DNA from: Solirubrobacteraceae bacterium
GTDB lineage: Bacteria > Actinomycetota > Thermoleophilia > Solirubrobacterales > Solirubrobacteraceae
NCBI GenBank assembly: GCA_035499875.1
Contig: DATJXX010000004.1
Span: forward strand, 4,610 to 68,609
Direction: 5' to 3'
DNA length: 64,000 nucleotides
The notes under the pieces were generated by a model. It was not told the origin of the DNA. It saw nothing but the letters and a program-made list of their open reading frames with translations, and did no database searches. The position numbers and the translations under genes were made by a program. Positions 1-9,695 of the stretch are shown in pieces; position 1 is the stretch's first letter; each line of letters opens with the position of its first letter.

Positions 1-1700
1 CAGGTCATCGCTCTTGGTCAGCCCGAGGATCGGTTTTTGTTCGGCGTTGATCGTGTCTTCCGCCTTGGGCGCTTCGGCCTCTTTGCTGGTAGCGCTGCCC
101 GTGTCCGAGAACGAGCCGTTGTTGAGGTCTTCCTGGGTGATCGTGTGCGTGCCCGTGCACGTGACCGATTTGCCCGGGGCGAGTTCGGGGACCGGGATCG
201 TCGGGGTGCAGTTGAAGCCTTCCAACGCCGGCGAGTCGCTCACGGTCACGTTGTGCAACGTCGTGTTGCCTTCGTTGGTGGCTGTGAGCGTGTATTTGAC
301 GACCTGACCCACTTTGTTGTACTTCGCCGGGTTGAGGTCGTCCATCTTGGTCAGCCCGAGCTTGGGCTTCTGTTCGGCGTTGATCGTGTCTTCCGCCTTG
401 GGTGCTTCGGCCTCTTTGCTGGTGGCGCTGCCCGTGTCCGAGAACGAGCCGTTGTTGAGGTCTTCCTGGGTGATCGTGTGCGTGCCCGTGCACGTGACCG
501 ATTTGCCGGGGGCGAGTTCGGCGACCGGGATCGTCGGGGTGCAGTTGAACCCTTCCAACGCCGGCGAGTCGCCCACCGACACTTCGTGGAGCGTCGTGTT
601 GCCTTCGTTGGTCGCCGTCAGCGTGTAGCTCACGACCTGACCCACTTTGTCGTACTTCGCCGGGTTCAGGTTGTCCGTCTTGGTCAGCCCGAGCTTGGCT
701 TTCTGTTCGGCGTTGATCGTGTCTTCCGCTTTCGGGGCTTCCGACTCTTTGCTTGTCGCGCTCCCGGTGTCCTTGAAGAATCCCCGGTCGAGGTCTTCCT
801 GGGTGATCGTATGCGTGCCCGTGCACACGATCGATTTGCCCGGGGCGAGTTCGGCGACCGGGATCGTGGGCGTGCAGTTGAACTGGTCCAGCGCCGGCGA
901 GTCGCTCACCGACACTTCGTGGAGGGTCGTGTTGCCTTCGTTGGTCGCGGTCAACGTGTATTTGACGACCTGGCCGACTTTGTTGTACTTCGCGGGTTTC
1001 AGGTTGTCGGTCTTCGTCAACCCGAGCTTCGGAGCCTGTTCGGCGTTGATGACGTCTTCGGCGTTAGGGGCGTTGGCCTGTTTGCTGGTCGCGCTCGCGG
1101 TGTCCTTGAAGGACCCTTTGTCGAGGTCTTCCTGGGTGATCGTGTGGGTGCCCGTGCAGACGATCGATTTGCCCGGAGCGAGTTCCGAGACCGGGATCGT
1201 CGGACTGCAGCCGAACCCCGTCAGCGCGGGGGAGTCACTGACCGTGACTTCGTGGAGGGTGATGTTGCCTTCGTTGGTGGCGGTGATCGTGTATTTGACG
1301 ACCTGTCCGACTTTGTTGTACTTCGCCGGGTTCAGGTTGTCGGTCTTGGTCAGCCCGAGCTTCGGGTTCTGTTTGCCCGTGACGGTGTCTTCCGCAGGGC
1401 CGGCATTGGCCTCTTTGCTGGCCGCGCTCGCGGAGTCCTTGAAGAACCCGAGATCCAGGTCTTCCTGGGTGATCGTGTGGGTGCCCGTGCAGGTGATCGA
1501 TTTGCCCGGCGCCAGTTCAGCGGCCGGAATCGAGGGCGTGCATTTGAATCCGGCGAGCGCCGGCGAATCGCTCACCGTCACTTCATGCAGCGTGATGTGG
1601 GCGCTTTCGTTGGTCGCGACGATCGTGTAGGTGACGACCGTCCCCACGGTTTCGAACTGAAGCGGGTTGAGGTTGTCTTTCTTCGTCACGCCCAGCTTCG
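1..1700 (-). repeat. ~333-bp (111-aa) intragenic tandem domain repeats, at least 5 copies
   Basis: ttggtcagcccgag and aggtcttcctgggtgatcgt recur at a 333-bp period. Confidence 0.92.
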
Positions 1701-2946
1701 CCGGTTCGGTGCACGTTTCGGCGCTCGATTTGTTGTTTTCCAGGTTGGGGTCTTCCTCGTTGCCGACGACAATGGCTTTGTTCGTCAGGCATTCTGCGGT
1801 CGAGGGCGCGGTGGCGGTGATGGTGATCGTGAAGGTGCCGCCTTTGGCGAGCTGTCCCTCCGCGCATGACACCGCGTTGCCGTTGACCGAGCAGCCGCTG
1901 GTGGGCGTTTTGACATTCGTGAAGCCACTCGGGACTGTATCGCCCACGGAGAAGCCCGAGCTTTTCCCGGGTCCGTTGTTTTTCACGGTCAGCGTCCACG
2001 TGACCGTGGCTCCCGGGAGAACCGTGGCGGGACCCGTCTTGACGATTTCGAGGTCGACCTTTTCTTTGGCGATGCACGCCGCACCGTCGTTGCTCGCGTC
2101 GGCTTTCGGTCCCGTGTAGTGGGCCAGCAGCGCGAACGTCGGGGTGGCCGGCGTTTTGATTTCGATCTTGTAGATGGCGCCGCTGGCGTTGTTGGAGAAC
2201 CCGACGTTGCCGTTGCTGAAGGTCCACGCGGCGCCGTAGTTCCCGCTTTCCACCCCACCCGGCGCGCTGAAGGTGTTCACTTTCCCCGTGGACAGGTCGA
2301 CGCGGTAGATGTTGGTGTCCGCGAGGCCCCACATGTAACCTTCGTAGTAGGTCCAGTCGATCGGTTTCCATGCCTGGCTGAGCGTGACCGTGTTGATCAC
2401 TTTCGCGGGTTTGCTCGTGACGTTGATCTCATACGCCGTCGTCGAGCCGTTACCGCCGGTGATCCAGTAGTTACCCGACGGGTCGAAAGCGCCGTCTGCG
2501 GGGCCGGCGCTGGCGGGCGGGTAGCCTTCGATGAGTCCGAGTGAGGTGGCATGGCCCGTGTTGTCGATCTGGAACAGCGTGCCGGGCGTGCCGCTGCCGA
2601 GGGGGGCCTGGTTCAACTGGGTCGAGTACAGGTAGTTGTTGATCGGGTCGTAGCCGAGCGCGTTGTAGGTCGAGGGCGCCGATTCGGAATTGACTTCGTT
2701 GTAGATGACTTCTCCGGATTTGAATTCCGATTCGTAGAATTTGGTGGGTTCGCCGTTTTCGTGGCTCTGCGTCAGGAAGTCGATTTCGCTCGGGCAGCTG
2801 AACGGCGATCCAACCGCGGCCGCGGCCGCCGACGCGCCCAGCAGCGACATCAGAGCAACGAGCGTGAGGGCCGCCGTGACGACGCCGAGGAGCGTCCTCC
2901 GGCCTGCATGAACGAGGCCCGCAGCACCCGATCGACCACCGCTCAT
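1..2946 (-). CDS. Large secreted repeat surface protein/adhesin (signal peptide, DUF6923-like N-terminal domain, one DUF11 domain, at least 5 DUF7507-like repeats); 3' end runs off the window
   Basis: Absent from the ORF track because it has no stop in the window. Hand translation from ATG 2946 (GGAG upstream) gives MSGGRSG..RRTLLGVVTAALTLVALMSLLGASAAAA, YNALGYDPINNYLY, VDLEIVKTGPATVLPGATVTWTLTVKNNGP, then repeats LTK.DDLNPAKYNKVGQVVKYTLTATNEGNTTLHNVTVSD; in frame to base 1. Confidence 0.88.
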   Translation of the reverse strand, partial: MSGGRSGAAGLVHAGRRTLLGVVTAALTLVALMSLLGASAAAAAVGSPFSCPSEIDFLTQSHENGEPTKFYESEFKSGEVIYNEVNSESAPSTYNALGYDPINNYLYSTQLNQAPLGSGTPGTLFQIDNTGHATSLGLIEGYPPASAGPADGAFDPSGNYWITGGNGSTTAYEINVTSKPAKVINTVTLSQAWKPIDWTYYEGYMWGLADTNIYRVDLSTGKVNTFSAPGGVESGNYGAAWTFSNGNVGFSNNASGAIYKIEIKTPATPTFALLAHYTGPKADASNDGAACIAKEKVDLEIVKTGPATVLPGATVTWTLTVKNNGPGKSSGFSVGDTVPSGFTNVKTPTSGCSVNGNAVSCAEGQLAKGGTFTITITATAPSTAECLTNKAIVVGNEEDPNLENNKSSAETCTEPAKLGVTKKDNLNPLQFETVGTVVTYTIVATNESAHITLHEVTVSDSPALAGFKCTPSIPAAELAPGKSITCTGTHTITQEDLDLGFFKDSASAASKEANAGPAEDTVTGKQNPKLGLTKTDNLNPAKYNKVGQVVKYTITATNEGNITLHEVTVSDSPALTGFGCSPTIPVSELAPGKSIVCTGTHTITQEDLDKGSFKDTASATSKQANAPNAEDVINAEQAPKLGLTKTDNLKPAKYNKVGQVVKYTLTATNEGNTTLHEVSVSDSPALDQFNCTPTIPVAELAPGKSIVCTGTHTITQEDLDRGFFKDTGSATSKESEAPKAEDTINAEQKAKLGLTKTDNLNPAKYDKVGQVVSYTLTATNEGNTTLHEVSVGDSPALEGFNCTPTIPVAELAPGKSVTCTGTHTITQEDLNNGSFSDTGSATSKEAEAPKAEDTINAEQKPKLGLTKMDDLNPAKYNKVGQVVKYTLTATNEGNTTLHNVTVSDSPALEGFNCTPTIPVPELAPGKSVTCTGTHTITQEDLNNGSFSDTGSATSKEAEAPKAEDTINAEQKPILGLTKSDDL

Positions 2947-3099
2947 GTGCTCCGGGCTCGCGCCGTGCACCAGATACCAAGAAAGCCCTTTGACCCTCGC
3001 CGTACCGCGCCTCATGTGAATCCTTCCCTGCCGGGTTGTTCTATGGAGAGGGCGAGCACCGAAGCGGTCCGGAGGACGGCGGGTTAGACGCGCGCCTCA

Positions 3100-3136
3100 G
3101 CCTCTCAAATGCGCCACAAACCCCCGTTTGAGAGGC
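3100..3136. promoter_or_regulatory. 10-bp perfect inverted repeat in the divergent promoter region
   Basis: gcctctcaaa-N17-tttgagaggc. Confidence 0.4.
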
Positions 3137-3397
3137 AATCGTACCTAAACGTGCGTGGGGTTTACCAATCAGTACCAAAGGCCGCGAGGGGCTGTCAAGC
3201 ATGATCCGGACCTTGCACCAGGCCTGCTCTGCGCATGGCGGCCCCAGGGCCGGCACCTCCGACGTGTAGAACCCCGGGATCCGATCTCCCGGGACACCGC
3301 CGCGCTACCTGAGCCTGGACGGCGTGTTCCCTGGGTATCAGCCAACCGATCCCCGAGGGCCGCGCGGGCCCGTCGGGCCCCGGCGAGACGAGGGAGG

Positions 3398-5191
3398 ATG
3401 AGGACGGCGACGCTAGCGGCGACCCCTGGAGGAGCGCTTCGCGCGTGGGCGGTAGCGATCGCGTTCCTCGCAACGATGACACTGGCGGCTGGGCCGGCGG
3501 CGGGAGCGGTGGCCCTTTCGCCGCTGAGCGGCACGCCGGACGCCTCGCCGCGGACGCAGATCAGCTTCCTGGGGGTTCCCGCCGGCGAGATCGCGGATGT
3601 CTCGGTGGTCGGTTCGCGCAGCGGCCGCCACGGCGGGCGACTCGAGGCCTACGTCAGCAGCCCGGGCGCCAGCTTCGTGCCCGCGCGCCCGTTCGCGCAG
3701 GGCGAGCGCGTCACGGCACGCGCGCTGATCCGCGGCCGGGGGCACGCCGAGCCCCTGAGCACGAGCTTCACGATCGCACGCCTGTCGGGCTACCGGCCGC
3801 CCCCGTCGGGTGCTCCGTCACCAGCCAAGGCGGGCACGACGCAGAGCTTCGCATCCGTGCCCACGTTGCACCCGCCCAAGGTGACGGTGACGACGGCGGC
3901 GCCGGAAGCCTCGCCCGGGGACGTGTTCCTGACCCCCACCCATGGCCTGGGTCAATCAGGCCCGATGATCATCAACGGTCAGGGAGCTGTGGTGTGGTTC
4001 AAACCGGTGCCCACGGGCGAGGTCGCGGCCAACCTCCACGTGGCCAGCTACGGGGGGCGACCGGTGCTCGTGTGGTGGCAGGGCCATGTTCCCGCGATCC
4101 TTGGGGTCGGATTCGGTGCGGACGAGATCTACAGCTCCACCTACTCGCCGATCGCCTCGGTGTCCGCCGGCAACGGCTACCAGGCGGACCTGCACGCCTT
4201 TCACATCACACCCCAGGGGTCGGCGTTCCTCACCGCCTACTCGCTCGTCGACGCCGACCTCTCCTCGGTGGGAGGATCACACCACGGGGCCCTGCAGGAC
4301 GCGATCCTGCAGGAGGTCGATGTGGCGACGGGGCTGGTGATGTTCGAGTGGCACGCATACGGTCACGTCGCGCTGGGTGACTCCTATTGGCACCTTCCCC
4401 ACAACTCCGCCCAGCCGTGGGACTTCTTCCATCTCAACTCCGTCTCCGTGGATCCGTGGGGCGACGGCGACTTCATCATCTCCTCGCGCAACACCTGGGC
4501 GGAGTACGAGATCAACCATGTGAGCGGGGCGATCCTGTGGCGCATAGGTGGCAGGCACCCGAGCTTCAAGATGGGACCCGGCACGGGCACCGCCTGGCAG
4601 CACGACGTTCGCTGGCAGCCCGACCACACGCTGACGATCTTCGACAACGGGGCGTATCCCGGGAAGCACTCCCAGTCACGCGCCATCCGTGAGCGGATCG
4701 ACTGGTCCTCGCGCAAGGTGACGCTGATCGGGCGCGATGTGCGCATCCCCGGGGTCCTGTCGGGCAGCCAGGGCAACGACCAGTTGCTCTCCAACGGCAA
4801 CTCGTTCGTGGGCTGGGGCGAAGAGCCCTACTTCACCGAATTCGGCCCCAGCGGTCAGATCCTCTTCGAAGGGCACCTGCCCTCACCGGGAGAGTCCTAC
4901 CGCGCCTTCCGCTTTCCGTGGAGCGCCACGCCGGCTGCCTCCCCGGCGGCGGCGGTCACGACGGGGAACGGAACAACGACTGTCTATGCGAGCTGGAACG
5001 GTGCCACCTCCGTGAGTGCGTGGAGGGTGCTCGGGGGAGCGAGCGCCGCCGCCCTCACGCCAGTCGCCACGGCCGCGAGCACCGGCTTCGAGACCGCGAT
5101 CGCCGTCGATGGCGCCGACGCCTACTTTGCAGTGCAGGCCCTGGGCGAAGGCGGGGAAGTGCTCGGCACCTCACCCGCCGCCAGCCGGTGA
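3398..5191 (+). CDS. Secreted arylsulfotransferase (ASST)-family protein
   Basis: GGGAGG before ATG 3398; signal peptide; DLHAF, WDFFHLNSV, ISSRNT, WQHDVR, FDNG, SQGN, YRAFRFPW, VYASWNGAT. Confidence 0.85.
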   Translation: MRTATLAATPGGALRAWAVAIAFLATMTLAAGPAAGAVALSPLSGTPDASPRTQISFLGVPAGEIADVSVVGSRSGRHGGRLEAYVSSPGASFVPARPFAQGERVTARALIRGRGHAEPLSTSFTIARLSGYRPPPSGAPSPAKAGTTQSFASVPTLHPPKVTVTTAAPEASPGDVFLTPTHGLGQSGPMIINGQGAVVWFKPVPTGEVAANLHVASYGGRPVLVWWQGHVPAILGVGFGADEIYSSTYSPIASVSAGNGYQADLHAFHITPQGSAFLTAYSLVDADLSSVGGSHHGALQDAILQEVDVATGLVMFEWHAYGHVALGDSYWHLPHNSAQPWDFFHLNSVSVDPWGDGDFIISSRNTWAEYEINHVSGAILWRIGGRHPSFKMGPGTGTAWQHDVRWQPDHTLTIFDNGAYPGKHSQSRAIRERIDWSSRKVTLIGRDVRIPGVLSGSQGNDQLLSNGNSFVGWGEEPYFTEFGPSGQILFEGHLPSPGESYRAFRFPWSATPAASPAAAVTTGNGTTTVYASWNGATSVSAWRVLGGASAAALTPVATAASTGFETAIAVDGADAYFAVQALGEGGEVLGTSPAASR

Positions 5192-5237
5192 TCCAAGAGC
5201 CGGTTCGATGCCTTGATCGTTCGCCAACTGTCCGATG

Positions 5238-6248
5238 TCAGGGCCGGCGTGACGCGCTCGAGAGCAGCCGCTCACCCCATCCGGCCGTGAACAGCGAGGG
5301 TCCACCGCCTGTGTGCCAGAACACCACGGGGCCGTCGATGCGACCAGCCCGGGCGTCCGCGATCAGGCCCGCCATGCCCTTCGCGCTGTATACGGGATCG
5401 AGGACAACGCCCTCGGTCCGTGCAAGAAGACCGATCGCCTCGATTCCGGCGTGCGTAAACGCTCCGTAGCCGTCGCCGAGCTGGGACAGATCGAGGTGGG
5501 CATCGTGCCGGGTCAAACTCAAGTCGGCGCCCAGCAGCGCGCCGGCCTCGTTCGCCAGCCATGCCGTCAGTCCGGGAGCATCGGGGACGATCTGTCCGAC
5601 GTCGAAGCCGACCGGAGCTGGACCGGCGCGGGCGAGCGCATGCCCGAGCATGAGGCCCGCGTGTGTCCCCCCTGAGGTCGAGGCGTGGTAGACGTGCCGA
5701 GGCTGGACGCGTGCGGACTCGAGCTGGCTGACCAACTCGGCGTACGCCGCAGCGAACCCGAGCGCGCCCACGGGTGAAGAGCCGCCCGCAGGAAGTGCGT
5801 AGGCGTTGGCACGCTCCTGCGTCAGGGCGTCTACCGTTGCCGCGAGCTGCGCCCACTCCTCCGTGCCGGCGTAGAGGATCTCGGCGTCGAACAGGGCATC
5901 AAGCAGGAGGTTGCCGGTCGGTGGTCCGGCGGGGGGCTTGCCGCCCATCACGAGCACCGCCTGCAGCCCGAGCCTCGCGGCCGCTGAAGCCGTCGCCCGG
6001 GCGTGATTCGACTGCGGCGCGCCGAGTGTGACCACCGTCTTGGCGCCGCCGCCGAGGGCCTCGCCGAGCGTGAACTCCAGCTTGCGTACCTTGTTGCCTG
6101 CGAGGCCCAGAGACCCGACGTCGTCACGCTTCAGCCAAACCTCGACCCCCAGCTCCCGGCTCAAGCGAGGCGCGCGCTCCAGCGGGGTGGGCAGCATCGT
6201 CAACTCGACACGCGGACGATCGCCAAGCGCAGCGAAAGGATCTGACAC
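5238..6248 (-). CDS. D-cysteine desulfhydrase family PLP enzyme (ACC deaminase-like fold)
   Basis: LKRDD..GNKVRKLE, QSNH, STSGGT; LDPVYSAK and FWHTGG carry Ser/Thr at the positions where true ACC deaminases have Glu/Leu. Confidence 0.85.
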   Translation of the reverse strand: MSDPFAALGDRPRVELTMLPTPLERAPRLSRELGVEVWLKRDDVGSLGLAGNKVRKLEFTLGEALGGGAKTVVTLGAPQSNHARATASAAARLGLQAVLVMGGKPPAGPPTGNLLLDALFDAEILYAGTEEWAQLAATVDALTQERANAYALPAGGSSPVGALGFAAAYAELVSQLESARVQPRHVYHASTSGGTHAGLMLGHALARAGPAPVGFDVGQIVPDAPGLTAWLANEAGALLGADLSLTRHDAHLDLSQLGDGYGAFTHAGIEAIGLLARTEGVVLDPVYSAKGMAGLIADARAGRIDGPVVFWHTGGGPSLFTAGWGERLLSSASRRP

Positions 6249-6368
6249 CGGGCGATCATCGCACCGGTCAGGTGTTTCGAGGACCTGCTCGCGAGCGGTC
6301 CTGACCGGCCGATGCAATCCGACGGTCGACAGCGTTCGCTGTTTCGAAGCCGAATCCCCTGCGGACCA

Positions 6369-6440
6369 TGCCCCCGCCAGGAGTCGAACCTGGATTTACC
6401 GCTTAGGAGGCGGTCGTCTTATCCATTGGACTACGAGGGC
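6369..6440 (-). tRNA. tRNA-Arg(CCT), CCA not encoded
   Basis: Reverse complement gccctcgtagtccaatggataagacgaccgc-ctCCTaa-gcggtaaatccaggttcgactcctggcgggggca folds as a cloverleaf. Confidence 0.95.
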
Positions 6441-6455
6441 TCGCCGGGGGCGACT

Positions 6456-6965
6456 CTAGCGCGGGGCCTGTGCCGCCAGATCCACGAGCGCGTCGCCCAC
6501 CAGGCGGTGGGTGATCCACTCGTCCGTCCTGTCCGCGCCGAGGCCCCGGTAGAAGTCCAGCGCCAGCTCGTTCCAATCCAGGGCCGCCCATTCCAACCGC
6601 TCCCCTCCACGCTCGCGGGTGCGCGCCGCCACCGCTGCCAGCAGGGCGCGACCAACGCCGTTGCGCCGGAACACGGGACGCACGAACAGGTCCTCGAGCC
6701 ATACCCCCTGGATCGCCAGGAAGGTCGAGAAGGTGGGAAAGAACAGCGCGTAGCCGGCAGGCTCGCCGGCCAGCTCGGCGATCAGCGCCTCCGCCGCGGG
6801 ACGCTCCCCGAACAGCGCCCTCTCCAGCAGCTCGTCGGTCGCCCTCACCTGGTCGGCCAGGCGCTCGTACTCGGCCAGCTCGAGGATCAGCCGCATCAGC
6901 AGCGGCACGTCCCCGGGGTCGGCGGGCCGGATGACGAGTCCCTCGTCCTGCTGGGCTGCGCTCAC
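6456..6965 (-). CDS. GNAT N-acetyltransferase (spermidine/diamine acetyltransferase-like)
   Basis: ELAEYE, FSTF, LEDLFVRPVFRRNGVG, LDWNELALDFY; GTG start overlaps the pyrE stop. Confidence 0.88.
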   Translation of the reverse strand: MSAAQQDEGLVIRPADPGDVPLLMRLILELAEYERLADQVRATDELLERALFGERPAAEALIAELAGEPAGYALFFPTFSTFLAIQGVWLEDLFVRPVFRRNGVGRALLAAVAARTRERGGERLEWAALDWNELALDFYRGLGADRTDEWITHRLVGDALVDLAAQAPR

Positions 6966-7561
6966 GCGGCGCTCACGGGATCGCGGTCGGGTCGGTCGGG
7001 GTAGATGTCGTCGATCGTCGTCAGCGGGCGATACGGCGCGCCGGCCGCGTTTTCGATCGCCTGGCCCGCGCCGGCGAGACGGTCGAGCACGCTCACGACA
7101 CCGCAGATCTCGTGCTGCTCTTCCTTGAGCGCCTCGATCGCCGCCAGGGTCGAGCCGCCGGTGGTCACGACGTCCTCCACCACCAGACAACGTTCGGAGC
7201 GACCCAGGGTCGGGCCCTCGATGCGCCGCTGCAGCCCATGCGCCTTGGTCTCCTTGCGCACGAAGAACGCGTTCACCTTCGCTCCCCCCGCCAGCGCGGC
7301 GCAGGCGACCGCGTCGGCCCCCATCGTCATGCCCCCCACGGCGGTGGCGCCCCGCTGCAGCGACTCGGCCGCCACCAGCGTGGCCAGCGCCATGAAGCCC
7401 TCGGGCCGCAGGATTGCCCGCTTGGCGTCCACGTAGTACTGCGCCGTCCTGCCACTCGTGAGCGTCACCTCGCCGATCACCAGGGCGTGGTCACGCAGCT
7501 CCGCCACCAGCCGCTCACGCGCCCGCGCGAGCTCGCCCTCGACCGCCTCCGCGGCGCTCAC
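6962..7561 (-). CDS. pyrE: Orotate phosphoribosyltransferase
   Basis: LTSG, YYVD, VRKETKAHG, PRPP motif VVEDVVTTGGS. Confidence 0.93.
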   Translation of the reverse strand: MSAAEAVEGELARARERLVAELRDHALVIGEVTLTSGRTAQYYVDAKRAILRPEGFMALATLVAAESLQRGATAVGGMTMGADAVACAALAGGAKVNAFFVRKETKAHGLQRRIEGPTLGRSERCLVVEDVVTTGGSTLAAIEALKEEQHEICGVVSVLDRLAGAGQAIENAAGAPYRPLTTIDDIYPDRPDRDPVSAA

Positions 7562-8736
7562 GGGCCCGCGTTGCTGCGCGGGTTCGTGCTTCCCCCGCCT
7601 CCCTGGTGGTACACGTCCACGGGGGTCCCGACCTGCACCCACGCATAGATCGACGGGGCGTCGGGGATCGGCACCCGCAGGCAACCGTGGCTGGCGGCGT
7701 ACGTGGGCACTTCCGCGTACCCGTGGATGGCGTACCCGCGGATGAAGTAGTTGGAGTCCACCATCCCCTTCTCGTTGACCCCGAAGCTCTTCATGTACAC
7801 CTGGAAGTTCCCCACGACCGTGGGAGTGGAGGGCTTGCCGGAGCTCATCGTGTAGATGTTCCGCACCTTCCCTCCGGGTTCGATCTCGGCCAGCACCTGT
7901 TTCGTCAGGTTGGCCTCCACGTGGTGCCCGTGGCGGGGGTACCGCACGTGAAACGACCCCTCGCCGTGGGCCAGCTTGTGGAACACCGCCCGTTCCGCGA
8001 GACCCACGCGCGCCATGTTCGTCACCTTCCGGAACGCGATCAGCGCCCGTTCGGTGCCTTCTTCGAACACCCCGTTGAGGGGGACGGCATAGTGCAGCCG
8101 GTTGAGCTCCGACTGCAACACCCGCACCGACGTGCTGCTGGTACCGGGGGAGACTTCTGTGTGCACGAACTGCACCGCGGGCGTCTGGCCGGTGGCCACC
8201 ACCCCGGCAGCCACATGCACTGCGACCCTCGCCGTCATGCTGCCCGCCTGGCGGGTCGTGAAATGGACCTGGAAGCTCCCCGACCCGCCGCTGCGAGGCA
8301 CCACCCGCAGCACTTTCGCGCCAACCTTGCGGGAGCCGAGGTACAGCGCGACCGTGGTGCGCTGGCCCGGCTGATAGGGCGTGATGCGACCGTAGATCAC
8401 GATCGTGTTGCCCACCGGGGCGAACAGCGGGTGCCCGCCGACCCCGCCGAGGAGCATCTTCACATGCTCGACGGGGACGGCCGGCTGGGGCGTCGGCGAT
8501 CCCGCTCCCGGCACCGGCGTCGTGCTCGGCGAGGACGCGCTGGAGCCCGAAGCCGCGGCAGCACCCGCCGGGAGCAGGAGCGCCGCGAGCACGCTCGCCG
8601 CCGCGAGCAGGAGCAGCCCGAGCCCGGCTGCCGTGCGGCCGTGGAGTCTGCCGGCGCCGTGCGAGCGGTCCCGCGCGCCCGAGCCGTCCCGCGCGCCCGA
8701 GCCGTCCCGCTCGCCCGAGCCGTCCCGCGCCGTCAT
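7558..8736 (-). CDS. L,D-transpeptidase (YkuD) with peptidoglycan-binding domain
   Basis: Hydrophobic signal; VRVLQSELNRLHY..NGVF..TERALIAF; AIHGY...ASHGCLR catalytic motif; ATGA overlap with the upstream gene. Confidence 0.9.
   Translation of the reverse strand: MTARDGSGERDGSGARDGSGARDRSHGAGRLHGRTAAGLGLLLLAAASVLAALLLPAGAAAASGSSASSPSTTPVPGAGSPTPQPAVPVEHVKMLLGGVGGHPLFAPVGNTIVIYGRITPYQPGQRTTVALYLGSRKVGAKVLRVVPRSGGSGSFQVHFTTRQAGSMTARVAVHVAAGVVATGQTPAVQFVHTEVSPGTSSTSVRVLQSELNRLHYAVPLNGVFEEGTERALIAFRKVTNMARVGLAERAVFHKLAHGEGSFHVRYPRHGHHVEANLTKQVLAEIEPGGKVRNIYTMSSGKPSTPTVVGNFQVYMKSFGVNEKGMVDSNYFIRGYAIHGYAEVPTYAASHGCLRVPIPDAPSIYAWVQVGTPVDVYHQGGGGSTNPRSNAGP
8663..8731 (-). repeat. 18-bp tandem repeat (RDGSGA) in the L,D-transpeptidase N-terminus
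   Basis: gagccgtcccgcgcgccc, about 3.5 copies. Confidence 0.85.
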
Positions 8737-9695
8737 GACATCGCCGCGCTCAGGGAGCGGTCCCCGGCGCGGTCGACGATCAACCCGAGGCGTCTGCAGA
8801 GGATCAGCACACATGAGATTCCAGCAAGTGAACCGGCGACGAGCGCCAGCCACTTCCCCACGCCCCAGCTCTCGAGGCTGGCGAACGCGAGCGAGTTGTT
8901 GAGGGCGTGGGCCACGATGCAGGGGTACAGCGAGCCCGTGAAGCGGTACAGCAGACACAGCCCGAATCCGAGCCCGGCGAGCGGGATCAGATCGAGCGCC
9001 GGGGCCGATCCCACGTGCACCAACCCGAAGATCAGGCCGGTGAGGAGAGCCGCCGGCCACGTCCCCCGCCAGTTGCGCAGGGCGGTGAACATGTACCCGC
9101 GGAACAGGAACTCCTCGCACATCGGCGCAACGATGCAGGTGAGCGCCGCGCTCAGCAGCAGCAGGCCCGTCCCTTCGTTGGTCCCGAGCTGTTCGAGCAG
9201 CTTCTCCTTGCTGGGGTTCACCGCCGTGGACCAGATCGCGCTCAGCACGATGAACACGAACAGCAACGCCCCGATCCACAGTGCGGCCCACCTCCAACCC
9301 GCCGGCGGGCGGCGCAGGCCGAACTGCCAAGAGGCGACCCTGCGGTTTCCGAGCTGCGCGCACCAGATCGACACCAGCACGAAGCACACGTCCTGCACGA
9401 ACGTGTCGGCGATGGTCAGCCCCGGCGGCGTGTGCGAGCCCGTGATCTTCGCCCCCAAGGCAGCCGCGGGGACGTCTATCACCACGCTCAGCACCGTCGT
9501 CAGCACCAGCCCGCCCACGAGCGCCACGAACGCCGTCCACGGCGCCCAGTCGGTGTTCGGCGAGCGCCCGGGGTCCTGCGGGGGCTGGGGCCGCTCCCCG
9601 GCCTCCGGCGTCGACACGGACTCCCCGTCCGGCTTGCCGTCGCGGTCCTCGAGCGCGAGCAGCTCCCCGCTCGCCGGTAGCTGGGTCTCGCCCAC
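8733..9695 (-). CDS. CPBP (Abi/CAAX, Rce1-like) intramembrane glutamic protease
   Basis: EEFLFRG, FGLVH, HALNN; multiple TM helices. Confidence 0.92.
   Translation of the reverse strand: MGETQLPASGELLALEDRDGKPDGESVSTPEAGERPQPPQDPGRSPNTDWAPWTAFVALVGGLVLTTVLSVVIDVPAAALGAKITGSHTPPGLTIADTFVQDVCFVLVSIWCAQLGNRRVASWQFGLRRPPAGWRWAALWIGALLFVFIVLSAIWSTAVNPSKEKLLEQLGTNEGTGLLLLSAALTCIVAPMCEEFLFRGYMFTALRNWRGTWPAALLTGLIFGLVHVGSAPALDLIPLAGLGFGLCLLYRFTGSLYPCIVAHALNNSLAFASLESWGVGKWLALVAGSLAGISCVLILCRRLGLIVDRAGDRSLSAAMS

Noticed and set aside
5-3087. Many long ORFs in the track over the first 3 kb
   Set aside because: They are shadow frames of the real minus-strand repeat protein, which the track omits because it has no stop in the window
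5238-6248. ACC deaminase (acdS)
   Set aside because: The diagnostic Glu and Leu are replaced by Ser and Thr
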